DNA of 64,000 nt, taken from the NCBI GenBank assembly GCA_963693365.1, contig CAVNZM010000009.1:1986231-2050230 (forward strand). The letters run 5' to 3'. The position numbers and the translations under genes were made by a program. Source of the DNA: Amoebidium appalachense. Taxonomy: Eukaryota; Protista; Ichthyosporea. The notes under the pieces were generated by a model. It was not told the origin of the DNA, searched no databases, and worked only from the letters and a program-made list of their open reading frames with translations. Of the stretch, positions 12,342-26,421 are shown piece after piece; the first letter of the stretch is position 1; each line of letters starts with the position of its first letter.

Positions 12342-13253
12342 ATGACAAAAACAAAACAAATACAGAAACGAAGGACACCGGACCACTATAGTATAATGGC
12401 TGCTCAGGTGCAGTGCTCTCAGTCGGAGATGCAAAACATGGCTTTTTCAACGGCTGGAAACGCGCTTAGGCATAGTCCGCTCGTTCCTCTGAACGCGTCG
12501 GCTGGAAGGCTGGGGGGGAAGCAACTCCTTCGCGGCAGATCCCTGGAGAGTGGCCTCCCCTCCATCACTTTCACACCGCCACAACCACATAAACGAGGAA
12601 TGAAGGAAGAACCTCTACGTTCCCTGGTTGCAAGGGCATCTGTTGACATGAAACTACCCGGCCTCGGTTACCGAAACAAGCGCACGGGAATCGGCGGCAA
12701 GACGGGGGGGCCTGCAGAGCAAACCAAGAAAAGCAGCATGAGACATGCATTGCACCTTCCAGTGCCACAACAAGTGTATTATGCACGAGGTTCACTTGCT
12801 AGTATGAAGCAATATCACTCTGCCGTAGACCTTAGGATGGTGGGCGATGATGATGAATTCACAGAAAACGCGGAAACTGTCGAGGATTCCGCCTCGGACA
12901 TCGAAAGCAGCAACGAAAATGGGTTTGATGATGCTCAGTGGACTGGGTGTGATAAGGCACACTCACGTGAAAACATTGCAGAAGATGCTATAGCTGAAGT
13001 AGATGAAGATCATTTAGATAGTCCAAATTCGGAGCACCGCTTCTTCTATAATAGTTCAAACTCTGAAGACGAGGATTCTAGCGATTATGACACGTATTAC
13101 TTGTCTTATGATGAAGAGAGTGGGGATAGCTGTGGTGACACACAAACGGACAAAGAGCCGGAGTTTGAGGAGATGGTTGTGGGTGTTGCACAGCTGGTCT
13201 GTGTGGATAGCATTGTGCAAAGTCACACGCGTAGGCTCCATGGCTCAATGTAG
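12342..13253 (+). CDS. Hypothetical protein (up to 303 aa), basic N-half and Asp/Glu/Ser-rich C-half, probably disordered
   Basis: A 912-bp repeat-free ORF in otherwise repeat-dense DNA, with two CCTGATTGG boxes at about 11956-11984 upstream. No recognisable domain; the true start codon is uncertain. Confidence 0.6.
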   Translation: MTKTKQIQKRRTPDHYSIMAAQVQCSQSEMQNMAFSTAGNALRHSPLVPLNASAGRLGGKQLLRGRSLESGLPSITFTPPQPHKRGMKEEPLRSLVARASVDMKLPGLGYRNKRTGIGGKTGGPAEQTKKSSMRHALHLPVPQQVYYARGSLASMKQYHSAVDLRMVGDDDEFTENAETVEDSASDIESSNENGFDDAQWTGCDKAHSRENIAEDAIAEVDEDHLDSPNSEHRFFYNSSNSEDEDSSDYDTYYLSYDEESGDSCGDTQTDKEPEFEEMVVGVAQLVCVDSIVQSHTRRLHGSM

Positions 13254-13877
13254 TTTGATTTCCAATTAACGTGCGTAGACGACCAGCCTTACATGTTGCA
13301 CTTAGACTTGTAACGGAAGAGCCTTGCAAGAGCCTTGCACCGTGAAATTTTAGATATTAGCTCATGGGTCAAGGCATATTATTATTGAACGGCCAGAAAC
13401 ATAGGCAGTTCCCCTGAGGTACACAAGTACAATAAAATCAGTGACCAACAGCCACGGTAACCCGTAAGACTCCGGTTGCAATACCGCACATGCGCCACAC
13501 ACACGTTCGCACGAAAAAAAAATAATACTCCAAAAATCTAGACACTGTCATATCAGCTTGGAACCAAGTGGCGATTAGGTTCCTCCTCGACGTTTCGAAG
13601 AGCTGGTTCGAGTTGAGTCACCCACCATCCCCTCCTCCCCCCCTCCTCCCCCCCCCCCTCCCCCTCCCCCCCCTCCCCCCCCCCCCCCCCCCCCCCCCCC
13701 TTCGCGCATCCCACCTGGGCCCGTTCCACCCATTCGATTGAGCCCCTACGCTTTTCTGTCGATCTAATACCCTCCCTTCGCCACCCTCCTCCTCCCTCCC
13801 CTTCTTTCCCCCTCCTCACCCACCACACAGAGACCCACCACCCCCGTTCCCTAATAAACTTGTGTTACTCGAATTCT

Positions 13878-13913
<36 letters not shown>

Positions 13914-14171
13914 CGGAGCCCCTTCTCGGGCTTACTTGTATTACTTATACTATACGGCGCACAGCGTTCAGCCCTTGTCTCCCCCCTCCCTCCCTCCGGC
14001 AACCCCCTCCCCCCCCCCTCCCCCCCTCCCCCCTCACTCCGCCCCCCAGCTCCTTCCCCCTCCCCCCCCCCCCCCGAGCTCCCCCCTCTTCAGACTTTCT
14101 CACCCACGGTTGCCTGCATGCAGCCGAAGGCGTCTCGATCCACATAGATCCAACCAAACCCTCTTCGCAGA

Positions 14172-14208
<37 letters not shown>

Positions 14209-14224
14209 CCCCGCCCCGCCCCCC

Positions 14225-14278
<54 letters not shown>

Positions 14279-15243
14279 TTCCCCTCCCCCTCTCCATCAT
14301 CCCACACGTACAAACATGCAACCAAACTTCTCCCTCCCCCTCTCCCCATGGACCCGCACAAATAGTGCCACTGAACCCCCTCCCCCCTCCCCCCCTTCCC
14401 CCCCCCCCCCCCCCCCCTCCCCTCCCCTCCCTCCCTCCCCCCCCCCCCCCCCCCCCCCCCCCGCCCCCCCCCGTTCTTCTCCATGCCCCGTATATTATTT
14501 TCCCTGTAAGTGGTGAGCAGAGAAAGAAGCCTGGCTGCAGCTGTCTGCATTCCCTTTCCCCGAAGATCTGGTCTTGAACACATCAATGACATGATGGGCC
14601 CTGTTCGAGCTACCCGGTCTGGCAGTAGCGCAGGCTTGAAAATTCAAACCCGTGTACAATGGGACACTCTCTGGCTCTGTGAAGTGGTATGTGTTCTGGT
14701 ATCAACAGGAAGCCTTCTGCTAACATCCTGTAAGCATGTAAGCTAAACAGTCACTAGCACTACATAACCGTCGATGTACCAAAACTGGTCACCGTGGTGG
14801 AGGAAACTAATGTGATAGACAGGTGCTAATCAGAGAGGGGTGGGTGTCTCCTGGGACCTTGGTGAAGTGTGTGTCTGTTAGGGGGAGGAGGAGCTCAGGG
14901 GACGCAATCATACGCGTGTGTATGTTTTTGGTTATTATTCTTTTCTTTTCTTTCTTTTCTTTTTTTCTTTCTTTCTTTTTTTTTTGGGGGGGGGGGGGGA
15001 GGAGGGGGGGGAGCCTCCGGGTGGTATTGAGTTCGTTTAATGTGATTATGGCGCAGACTACAGAATGGTCTGCCTGCCGGAACAAGGTACGTGTCCCAGT
15101 TGTTGCTATGAATGGGCGTGTTTGCTTGTGTGCAAGCTGGGCTGCTTAAAAGTGCGCGAAGACAAACCACAGCTGTATGTGTTCGTTGTAAACATTTGCC
15201 ACATCTTGTGTTGGCAGCATCACCCCTTGCATATATACCTCCT

Positions 15244-15277
<34 letters not shown>

Positions 15278-15356
15278 TGCCCCCTTCCCTCCCCCCCCCC
15301 CCCCCCCTCCCCCCCTTCCCTCCCCCCCCCCCCCCCCCCCCTTGCCCCCCTTCCCC

Positions 15357-15418
<62 letters not shown>

Positions 15419-15783
15419 AAACACAAACACAGTCTACCGCGCGTACACACAAACACACACCCTTCCCTGGTCTTCCCTCCATTCCACTTCTCACCCTCAC
15501 CTTCTGCCTAGCTAGCCCTTGGCAAAGAACAATTGAAAGCTCCCAGTGGCACACACATACACGTGGAGTGAGATTTTTTTTTTTTTTTTAATTGCACAAA
15601 CACGGGGCCCTCATAAAGCATCGGTCGTTCGGATAATAATGGTACATACACAAACCACCACGTCTCCGCTCCAACCGTCACAGCCCATTTGTTTTTCAAA
15701 GCTTCTACGCACTACTGTAACATGAAGCTTTGAAATACATACATACGCGTGCGCACACGCACACGCGCGCACGCACACAAGCG

Positions 15784-15840
<57 letters not shown>

Positions 15841-15881
15841 GTACTCACCTCATCACATACAATTGGCACGGTGGGAACCGT

Positions 15882-15918
<37 letters not shown>

Positions 15919-17348
15919 CACATGTGCACACACACAAAAACACAGTATCACGCGCACAGAGGCAATTCGTTAATTGCAGTAACTATATTGACAGACGGCC
16001 GTTGTACATATGTTCGCCTCGTTGAAATCGCATATGGCCTCAAGCTGCATGCGCAGCTTCTAACCGCGAGGTGCACACACCTCACACGTCGCTCTAAAAT
16101 TCCCATGATTGCGTGTTTGTTTCTTGCGGATCCCGTGGAATTTGCTCATTAGCAAGAGTGAGTGCGGCTGGATTTATCGAGTTTCGACATGTCTAAATTT
16201 GGCACGCGCACAAAGGGATGAGGCAGAATGCGTGTGTAATCACAATGGCTGCAGCGTTGGGCCAACCCCCACGTCCACAGCAATGCCTCTGTGCATGCTT
16301 AGGTGTGTCCGTGCACGGGTTGGTGCATGCATGTAAACATGTGCATGTGTGTGTGTGTTATGCCACGGTGTGTACTCCGGATATGACAGACTGTGTGTGT
16401 AATTTCACGTACGCGCCTTGTTTGTGCATGTTCGTAAATGTGAATATTGCAAATGCTGTACACATCATCTAAGTGCAAGCACAAGCGTGTGTTACAGTAG
16501 AATCATGTGCGAATGCACATGCTTCGCGCGCGATCGCATGTGCCCTCAGGCACATCCATGTCAATTGTAAATAGGCGGTACATTTTTATGTTTTTATTAT
16601 TTTTTTTATTACTTTTTCATTTCGTAGTACATGCAGAATATTCTACGAAAAACAAATCGAAACAGACAAGAAAACAGAAACTAGAGTAATATAATATGGC
16701 GCAAGGTGTGAATCAAACCATCTCACATACTGTGCCACATGCAAACACGGTTGTTAGTTTTTTTCCTCCCTAACTTGGCACAACATTACAAATTTATTTT
16801 CTTTTTTTTTCATGCAGCCAAGCTCCGAATGGTTATAACAATCATGCACAAACCCTGCACAACTCTCCTCGCACAAGTATTTGCCTGAGCAAGAAACAAA
16901 AGCATGAACTTGAATCAATGTAATTACGTTTGTATTATCTCCCTTGGCACCCCCCGAATCAACAGAGAGGGGCTAAATGTAAATGCGTGTGCACGCACCA
17001 AGTAGGGCAGTGGTTTGATCTGAAAGCAGTTTTCATTAAGAGAAACACAGAAACTCGGCTTCTATTGGGCTTTCATGTGTAGACGAGTGTACGCAGGTGT
17101 AACGTGATTGTGTGTGTTTGTGTGTGCGTGCGTGTGTGTGCTCGTCTGTGTGATTGTGTGTGCGTTCATGCATGGAAACACACGTCCGGCCCAGTGTGTC
17201 CAAATGCACACCTGCGCACCCATGTGCAAGGGGTAGTGAGTTTCGATACATTCTCGTAACTTCAAAACCATCCACTCAAGGCACCCCTTTCCCCGTGTTG
17301 ATGTAAAAATATCACATAAACGGCCCGGAGAAGTTCTGCAGGATGCCT

Positions 17349-17432
17349 TTAATCGATCTCATCGATTTCCATGATCCCGTCTGCTTGCTGCGGAATGGGC
17401 TGCAAACAGAACTATTCAGAACAAGCCAAGCC

Positions 17433-17468
<36 letters not shown>

Positions 17469-17884
17469 ACCACACACACACACACAAAAAAAAACAAAAA
17501 AAAAACAAAAAAAACAAAAAAAAAAACAAAAAAAACATGCACACCTCCTCCCAACACACCCAACCACCAATCCACACACTTCCCCCGAACACACACACAC
17601 ACACACAAATATACCTCCCAACACATGCACAACCAACCACACAAACCCCCCACCGCCTCCCCCCAACACACACCCACCCACCCACATACCCACCCGTTCC
17701 CCCACCCACCCACCCCCAAGCCTCCCGAAACCAGCACCCCCTTTCCCTTCACCACCCGGTTTCTGTCCCCCTCAACCATGGCCACCTACCCCAAGCTTTT
17801 TGCTCAAAAAAATAAAACATCCCCACCGGCGTGTGACTCATAGGTACCCCTTTGTGCACTAGAGCCAAAGATGACCACAGTGCA

Positions 17885-17936
<52 letters not shown>

Positions 17937-17957
17937 CGCGCGATTCGGCGGCGGCGC

Positions 17958-17990
<33 letters not shown>

Positions 17991-18292
17991 GGATGCGCCA
18001 TAGAGTACAAAGTACACATGCACAATGGACAACACAATGCAGAGTGCAAACTACACACAGAGTATTTGTGAGGGGGTTATGGGGTACCTCTGGAGCAGAG
18101 AGGACCAGGGAGTCGTCTGGGATGACACCGCTCTGCAGAATGGCCTCCAGCCGCCTGACCTCGTCAAGGGACTTGGCCCGTGCAATCGCATCCTGAGACA
18201 ACCAATGGCGGTGAGTATCCATGCACCTTATATGGCAACCCCCCCCCCCCCTCCCCCCGCCAAAACAAACAAACAAACAAAAAAAAAAAAAG

Positions 18293-18331
<39 letters not shown>

Positions 18332-18555
18332 ACAAGCGGAAAAAAGGAATCGAAATAGTACTAAGTACAAGACAGGGTGAAGGAGTGAAGGGGGGAAGGC
18401 AACGGGGCGGCAAGGGATGGGGTGGAATGTGTTATAGAGTACGTACTATAAATTGGACGCACAACCCTGCAGAGTGTGCAAAAAAGAGCACGAACCAAAG
18501 AGGGAGACAGAAAGAGAGAGGGGGAGGTGAGAGAGAGAGCGAGGGAGCGAGAGAC

Positions 18556-18595
<40 letters not shown>

Positions 18596-19283
18596 TGTGT
18601 GTGTGTGTGGGTGTGTGTGTGTGGTGGCGGTGGTGGTGGTGGGGGAAGCGCGCTACAGCACGAATACTACACATTCCTGACGGACCACTCAACACAGGTT
18701 CTGTAAAAAAAGAGTACAGAGCACATATCATAAGCAGAGCCCATCCTCACTGGAAAGGCCAACCCCCAAACACATTCAAGAAAAAAAAGAAAATAAACCA
18801 CGACATATCACCAAACACCCACCTTGATTCTTTGGATCTGCTCGTTGGTCAGTCCGTTTGCTGTGCGCTGGTCCCTGTCCTCCTCACTCACCGTCTCTCC
18901 TCTGACTGCCGGCAGGCCCTCACCCGGTGTGAAAGTTTTTGCCTTTTTGGCCTCCATGCTGCCTCCCGGCCCAAACAGCCGGGCTGCTTCCTCTCTCTCC
19001 TGCGTGAGTGTGTGCGTGTGTGTGTGTGTGTTTTCCCCCCGTGTTAGAATCACCCCCCACCCCGTGGATAGTCTTTTTTCGTGTTTTAGAATTGCCCCAC
19101 ATCCCCTGCCAAGCTATGTGGCACCACCGATTGGAGCAACCGAGAGCTTTCGTTTGAATATATAGGCAAATCAAATGCAAGCAAGAAATTCATGTCTGGC
19201 CAAAGAATTTCTGTTTTGGGAATGCCCTCTACACTCCCCCTCTCCATTTCATCAAACCCCCCTCCCGAACCACACACATCACA

Positions 19284-19321
<38 letters not shown>

Positions 19322-19571
19322 ACAAACACACCTGCCCACTCGCCCACTCATCCACACCCGACCCACACCCACCCACCCACCCACCCACCCATCACCCACC
19401 CACACCGACCCACCCATCCACGGGTTTTCACGCACCTTTTGCTTGACCTTTCTGAAGTCCAGCAGGGTGACGGAGGGAATCAGGTACACGATGTACTCGC
19501 GGTAGTTCTTGCGGGTCGTCACGGGATTGCGCAGGAGCGTCAACCGTTTGAGCTGCTTGCAGCCGGCAAGG

Positions 19572-19658
<87 letters not shown>

Positions 19659-19801
19659 GGAGGGGGAAGGGGGGGGGGGTGTCCGGGGGTCATGCATCAG
19701 TAACCGGTGGCAGAGGTTGGCATGGCTGTCCCTCTGTATGTGTCCGGACCCCTGTCTCACTCCATCCTGCCTGCCTGCCTCCCCTCTTCCCCCCCCCCCC
19801 C

Positions 19802-19851
<50 letters not shown>

Positions 19852-20856
19852 CCTTTGTCTCTCCTTTTCTCCCTCCCTTTGCACGTGCGTGATCCATCCA
19901 AGGTCATCCAGAAACAAACACACAATGAGTGCAAGAGCTGGGGTGCAGCACCATGCACACCGCATGGACAAACACAGCATGACCTCGCAGTAGGTCCCTA
20001 ACTAAATAACGTGGTGTGTAGTGACCTTTATGCATGCAAGAGCCCCCCCATGACCCATGTGTGTGTGTCCATCTGTGTGTGTATGTTTGTATGTGCTTGC
20101 ATGTGTACCTGTGTGCTTGCGTGGGCGCGTGTGCGTGTCTCAATGCTTGTGTGTGTGTGTGTGTGTGTGTGTTTTCGTGGTCTAAAAAGTGTCCATGTTC
20201 TCTTTCAGGTCCGCTCAGCCATCAGAACTGCAGAGATCACATGAATCCCTGAAAACCAACCACAGACACACACACACAAAAAAAAAAATCACCCTGAAGC
20301 ACAAAACACACACACACACACACACACACCCCCACCCCCACACCCACCCGCCCGCCCCGCCAACCCATCCACACACACATACACCCATCCACACACACCC
20401 ACCCACCTTTCAATGTCTGTAAACTCCGACACATTGTTATTTGTGAGGATCAACTCCTCGAGATTGGGCAGATACTCGTGTATGTTTAACCCCACCCGCG
20501 CGACCCTGTTGTTGTTCAGAAATATGCACTTTAGCCGCTTGAGCTGTGGAAATCCGTCCAGTCGGGTGATGTCGTTGTCACTGAGGTCGATCGTGTCGAA
20601 TTGATCCTGCGGAGAGAAAGAGAGTGTGAATGCTTGCCAGAGGAGGAGGAGGGGGGGGGGGGGGGGGGGGGAGAGAGAGAGAGAGAGAAGAGAGAGAGAG
20701 ATCTAGAGATCTAGCGAGAGAGAGAGTGTGTATGGGTGTGTGTGTGTGTGTGTGTGTTAGGGGCGAGGTAGCGAAAGCTCCCAAGAAAAGAGATCGTGAG
20801 AGCAAAAGATACGGAGACAGAGAGACAGAGACAGAGACAGAGACAGAGACAGAGAC

Positions 20857-20921
<65 letters not shown>

Positions 20922-21505
20922 GAGGGCGAGGAGAGAATCTCCGAGAGATCGCAGGGGAGGGGAGTAGGGGGGAAGAGCGAGAGCGAGAGCGAGATGTATT
21001 CGTATCCGTCTACTCCCAAGAATATTCTCTATGGGCATACTCGTTTTTTAACCTGCAAGAGCAATACGGACAATTCAGGCAAAAAAAGAAGACCAAAATA
21101 AACGAGTCGATATACGGATATTTACAGAGGGTCACCATTTTGCCAAAGGTATGCGAATCAATCATCAGTGGTGGTAGTCGTGGTGTATGTGTGCGCACGG
21201 GTGAGTGAGTAAGTGAGCGAGTGTGTGTGTGTGTGTGCGCGCGTGTGAATAAGTGAATGTGTGAGCAGACGTGTGTACATGTGTGCGTGTGTGCGTGCGC
21301 GTGCGGTGTGTGCGTGCGCGCATGTGTGTATGAATGAGCAACTGAGTCAGCGAGCCAGCATGTGTGTCTGTGTGGAAAGGGGAGAGGGGCTTGGAAGGCA
21401 CATACCAGTGTGGCACCCAAATTCTCTATCGTTGGTATCTTGTTCCCTGCATGAAGTCATCAATCGTCAGTCATGGTCACAGATATCAGTCTCCCCATAT
21501 TCAGC

Positions 21506-21546
<41 letters not shown>

Positions 21547-22601
21547 ACCACCCACCCGAGGGTACTCTCACGGGGCAGATTACCCCCAACACAATCCCAA
21601 ATTCGATCAGCAATGCATTGAAATCACTCCCAGAAAGCCAGTTGAGACGTATTCTCGCCGAATGTCATCAAAAACATAGCAGCCTGACTAATTCAGCCTA
21701 AACGACCACTCAGACTACTCCCCCCCACCCCCTCCTCCCCTCCCCCGCGCACATACACATACTCCAACCTTTCACGCTTCCGTGCCCCCCACACACGGAC
21801 AAGCACAAACCTACGCCACTACGCTGCAAAAAACATGAATTCAAACAAACGTGGCCAGGCCGGCAACAGAGCACACAGTGTTAAGTTCTCGGGTTTAGAG
21901 TGTAGGCCAACTTCGCTCCCGCCCATCCACATCATTCCCGGCTCTCCCATATGCTTCAGCCCAAGTGCCCTCCCCCCCAAACACACACAGCACCAATACC
22001 CCACACGCGCATACACACACACACACACAAACACACACACAAACACATACACACACAAACACACATACACATACACACATACACACAAACACATGCGCAC
22101 GCACACGCACGCACACACATGCACGTACGCACACATGCACACACACACCGGATGCACATACTCAGCCTAAACAGATACAGGGCTGCCTTTAGCAACCAGC
22201 AACATCCAACACCTTACGCCTTCCAACCCCCTCCCCCTCCCCCCCATGCACGCACACGAACAAACACACCTCCATCAACCCCCTGCTTCTTGTCCGTCAA
22301 TACTACCCACCCACCCACCTACAAATGCCAGCACACCCACCCACACCCCCACCAACCACTAACCCGCGCGCCCACGACACCTGAACACATGCACCCACCC
22401 TACCTCCCATCCCCACCCACACAGCACCCACCTGCACCCCCCCCCCCCCCCCAAAAAAAACCCCCACCCACGCCCACCCACCCACACCCACACGCACACA
22501 CGTACACACACACACGTACCCCTCAGGTCCAGCTCTCTGTCCTTAAGTGTGTTGAGAAACTGGGGTGACCTCTGTATCAGCTCGGCAGTCAGGCGCACCA
22601 T
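17349..22601 (-). CDS. SNRPA1: U2 snRNP protein A' (LRR), about 263 aa; exons 22520-22601, 21406-21446, 20407-20606, 19436-19571, 18823-18999, 18088-18192, 17349-17399
   Basis: [54 protein letters not shown]...[12 protein letters not shown]...[13 protein letters not shown]...[16 protein letters not shown] is the known U2A' signature. All introns are GT-AG with consistent phases. The last exon ([16 protein letters not shown]) is the least certain. Confidence 0.95.
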
Positions 22602-22659
22602 CTTGGAAGGGGTGTGTGCTCAGAGAGCTGCACGGTGTGTGATATCTGAGGGGGGTTTT

Positions 22660-22690
<31 letters not shown>

Positions 22691-22710
22691 GAGGGGGGAG
22701 GGCGGGGGGT

Positions 22711-22764
<54 letters not shown>

Positions 22765-23092
22765 GGGGGGGGGGGGAAGAGGGGAGGGGGTTGGCAGGGG
22801 GGAGGGGGGGGGGGGGGGGGTTGAAGAGTTAGGATGTGCAACATCTTCGGTACATAGAAGGAAGTATCATTCAAACAAACAAAACAAAAAAGAATCGAAA
22901 CGGGGACAAGGAGGAGGAGGAGGGGGCGGGGGGGGGGGGTCTGTAAACCAAACAGTGTGTGTTCAGCCGGTGAGATAAAGACAAAGAACGATAGGCAAGG
23001 TGCAGAGGATGAAATCACCTGATATTGACTAAAGGTTGTGTGACCATGTGCACCTTCACGCGTGTACGTGTGCACATGCATGCTTCGCGCAT

Positions 23093-23153
<61 letters not shown>

Positions 23154-25919
23154 CGCGCGCGCGCGTGTGTGTGCGTGCGCGCGTGGGCGCTAGTGTCTGA
23201 CCTGAACATGTCTCGAAAACTGGGGTAAGTCAAGCATGTGGTACGCAGCAGGTAGTACATTTATACAGCTAGGAGGCGTTTTCTTTCTTTCTTTCTTTCT
23301 TTTTCTTTTTCTTTGAAAGGGGGGGGGGGGGGGGGGATAAATTCAATGTGTGGAGCCGAAAACATCCTTAAAAGATAACGATCCAGACTTCATTGTGCGG
23401 AAAAGGGGGGGGGGGGGGGGGGGGGGGAGGGGCGCAGGAGAGCGGAAGGGATGTGTGTGTGTGTGCGCGCGCGCGCGCGCGTGTGTGCATGCACATGTGT
23501 GAGTGTGCACGGGCGCACATGTGTGTGTGTGTGTGTGTGTTGGGCAGAGGGGGGAGGGGGGAAGGGGGGGGGGGGGGGGGGGGGAGGGATTCTGGAAGCT
23601 TTACACAGCACACAAAACGAGTTCAGGATTTAACCCAAAAAAGCAGTTCACACAGACACACACCCAATGGATCTGTGTACGTAGGGGCAAACGAACACAC
23701 AAAAAGAGAGCAAACAATACAACGAGCAAATGGGAAAGGGGAAGAGAGGGAGAACGAGGTAAACAGCATGTACAGAGGAGCATAATCAAAGAACCATATT
23801 AAGACACAACCCACACACACACACACACACACACACGTCCGCATGAACGCACGCACGCACACACGCAACACACACACACACACACACACAAACGTACCTG
23901 TACATGCACACCACACCACACACACACACACACATCATACATCTGGAAAACATATAGAAGGGGGCTCGGAAAAGGCAGACATTCGTTATGGTCATGGTGG
24001 TGGTGGTGGTGGTGGTTGCGGGGGGAGGGGGTAACACAAAGTGCACCCGCTACAATAGCACAATGATGCACAAGACCAAGCAACATTAAAACACACACGA
24101 AAAAAAAAACACCACATGCAGTGCTCGGGTGATGGGGGATGGTGGGACATGCACTGTTGGGAGGGGAAGGCACAGACACTATGCTGCGATCCTTAATAGA
24201 CAAACCCTTGGTTCACCAAAGTCATGCAGAATCCTCTGCACCCCCCCCTATCCTCTATTCCTGAAGCACCACACACGCAAACACATTGCACCTTAACTCA
24301 ATGTCAAACAGCCTCTCTCAATGCCCGAACACACGTAAACCAGTTCCTGACAGCTCCCCCCCCCCCCGGCCCCGGTGTAAGAAACAAATAAACAAAGCCA
24401 ACAGGCGTGCCGTGTCCACAAACAGCTTATCTTTATTGACCCCCCCCCCCCCCCCCCAAAAAAAAAAAAAAAAAAAAAAAATCAAGGTCTACCATAAAAA
24501 CAAAGATCAAGCCATAGACACACACATCAGCACAAAAGAACGCGGACAACACCGTCCTTCAGACACACGTACACACACACACACGGGTGCGGCTAAGAAA
24601 GCACGTATTCACCCGCGCAAAATGCCGAAGCACTAAAAACCAAACCAGCAAGAGGGAAAACAAAGCACCCAACAAACACATCCGTTTTCTTGTGATATAG
24701 CGCGTCCTCGTGTGGACATCAAGCCGAATTGTTGCTGCCTACCCCCCCCCCCCCCCCCCCCTCCCTCCAAAAAAAAAAAAAAAAAAAAAAAGAAAAGAAG
24801 AAAGAAAAAAAAAGGGAAAGGGGGAAAAGTGCAGCACAGCGGTGAAGAAGTGCACATAAGGATAATCCAAGGAATAGCATAGCAATCATGCACATATCAC
24901 ACACGTACTGGCACACCCATACACAGCCACACACACCACCCAAACACAGTGTTGGAGACCAGGAGTGGCTGATGGAGACAAGGAGAAGCAGACGTAATCT
25001 GTAAGTGAAACACTTCGCGCACAGACACCCAACCGCAGCCCTATAAGTGTATACACCCAAATAAAACAGCCCCCCCCACACCCATAAGGGGAAACATACA
25101 TACATACACTTAATCGAAGTCCTTCCCCCCCCCCCCCCAAACCTTTCCTTCTAAGCCCCCCCCCCCCCCTCCCCCCCCTCCACCTCCGACCCCCCCCCCC
25201 CCCCCCTCCCCTTAGCATCCTTTCCCTCCCCAAAACCCCCACACACCCTTACATAGAAACCCACACACGCAGAGTTGTCACATCCGTCATATGCCACTAT
25301 GACCCAAATCAATAGCACCCAACCAATATTTCTAATTGGTTGCACACTTGGACCACATACATGCTTGCACTCGTGAATCCCCTCCCCCCACCCCTCCCCC
25401 CCTCCCCACATGCACACAGACACGCACATACAACCACCACCCTCGTTTCCCCACCCCCAAAAAGCATATATACAGAAGCACAGAAAGACCATGCACAGCC
25501 ACGTGCAGGGTAGTGAAACCCAGCATGTGCTACACAACCCAGCCTCGTACAACAAACCCACCTTTGTTGGTCGGACGACTATCCTTCAATCCAAATGTCC
25601 AGAACCTGCGCCGGCACAACGGCTAACAAAAAAGAATAACTTCGTTATCAGAGCAGCATGTAACAAAATTCTTGAAATCTATATGCCCAACCTAAGTGGT
25701 GAAAAAAATGAGGTTGCACCTGTAATGAAGATGCGCCTCCCTCCCGGCACGCCTGCAAACGATGGGGAAAAAAACCTATGAAAAATAGCCACGTCGGGAA
25801 AAAAGAAGCCTATCAAACACCCTCTTGAGCTGCTGCTACAAAAAACATGTAACATTCCCCTGCAAAAGTGTGTGTGACAAAGCTGCTCTCCCTCCCTTTC
25901 TGGCTGACTTCACTTGAAA

Positions 25920-26265
25920 AGAAAAATGGCGGCAACTGCAAAGTTACACATGTGACTTGCCGGGTCGGGTCGGGTTCTAAAACGGTTAATGCGAATGATT
26001 CGAAAACAGGGGTGAGTCGACCCGATCTGCCTGTCTGCGCCGCACGTGATGATACAACACTCACGCAACTCATGTAGAGCCCTTTGGTAATACATATCGT
26101 TATCTCTCTCCAATTCAAACAATAATTGAAACTAAAAAACCGCATAGTTCCTAGCTATCACACTGGCCCATGAATGCCTGTGAGTTGCGCTTTATGTTGA
26201 TACCTCCCGAATAAGGAAATAGAAAGACGATATCCATTGGCCTTCTTGATAGCCAATAGTAATGA
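25920..26265. promoter_or_regulatory. Probable bidirectional promoter region between SNRPA1 and the SDR gene
   Basis: Repeat-free segment with AAAATGGCGGC (YY1-like, near 25923) and opposed ATTGG/CCAAT boxes at about 26236-26258, between divergently oriented genes. Confidence 0.4.
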
Positions 26266-26421
26266 GTGGTTCTCGCCGCAAAAATCTAAAAATACAACAA
26301 AAATTAGAAAAGTTTAATAATACCATTAAAGCATTTAAAGTTACATTTTACAACTACACTGGTCTTTGAGGTTGCGCTAATATCATGCACATGGTAAATT
26401 CATGGATGGATCCTAAATATC

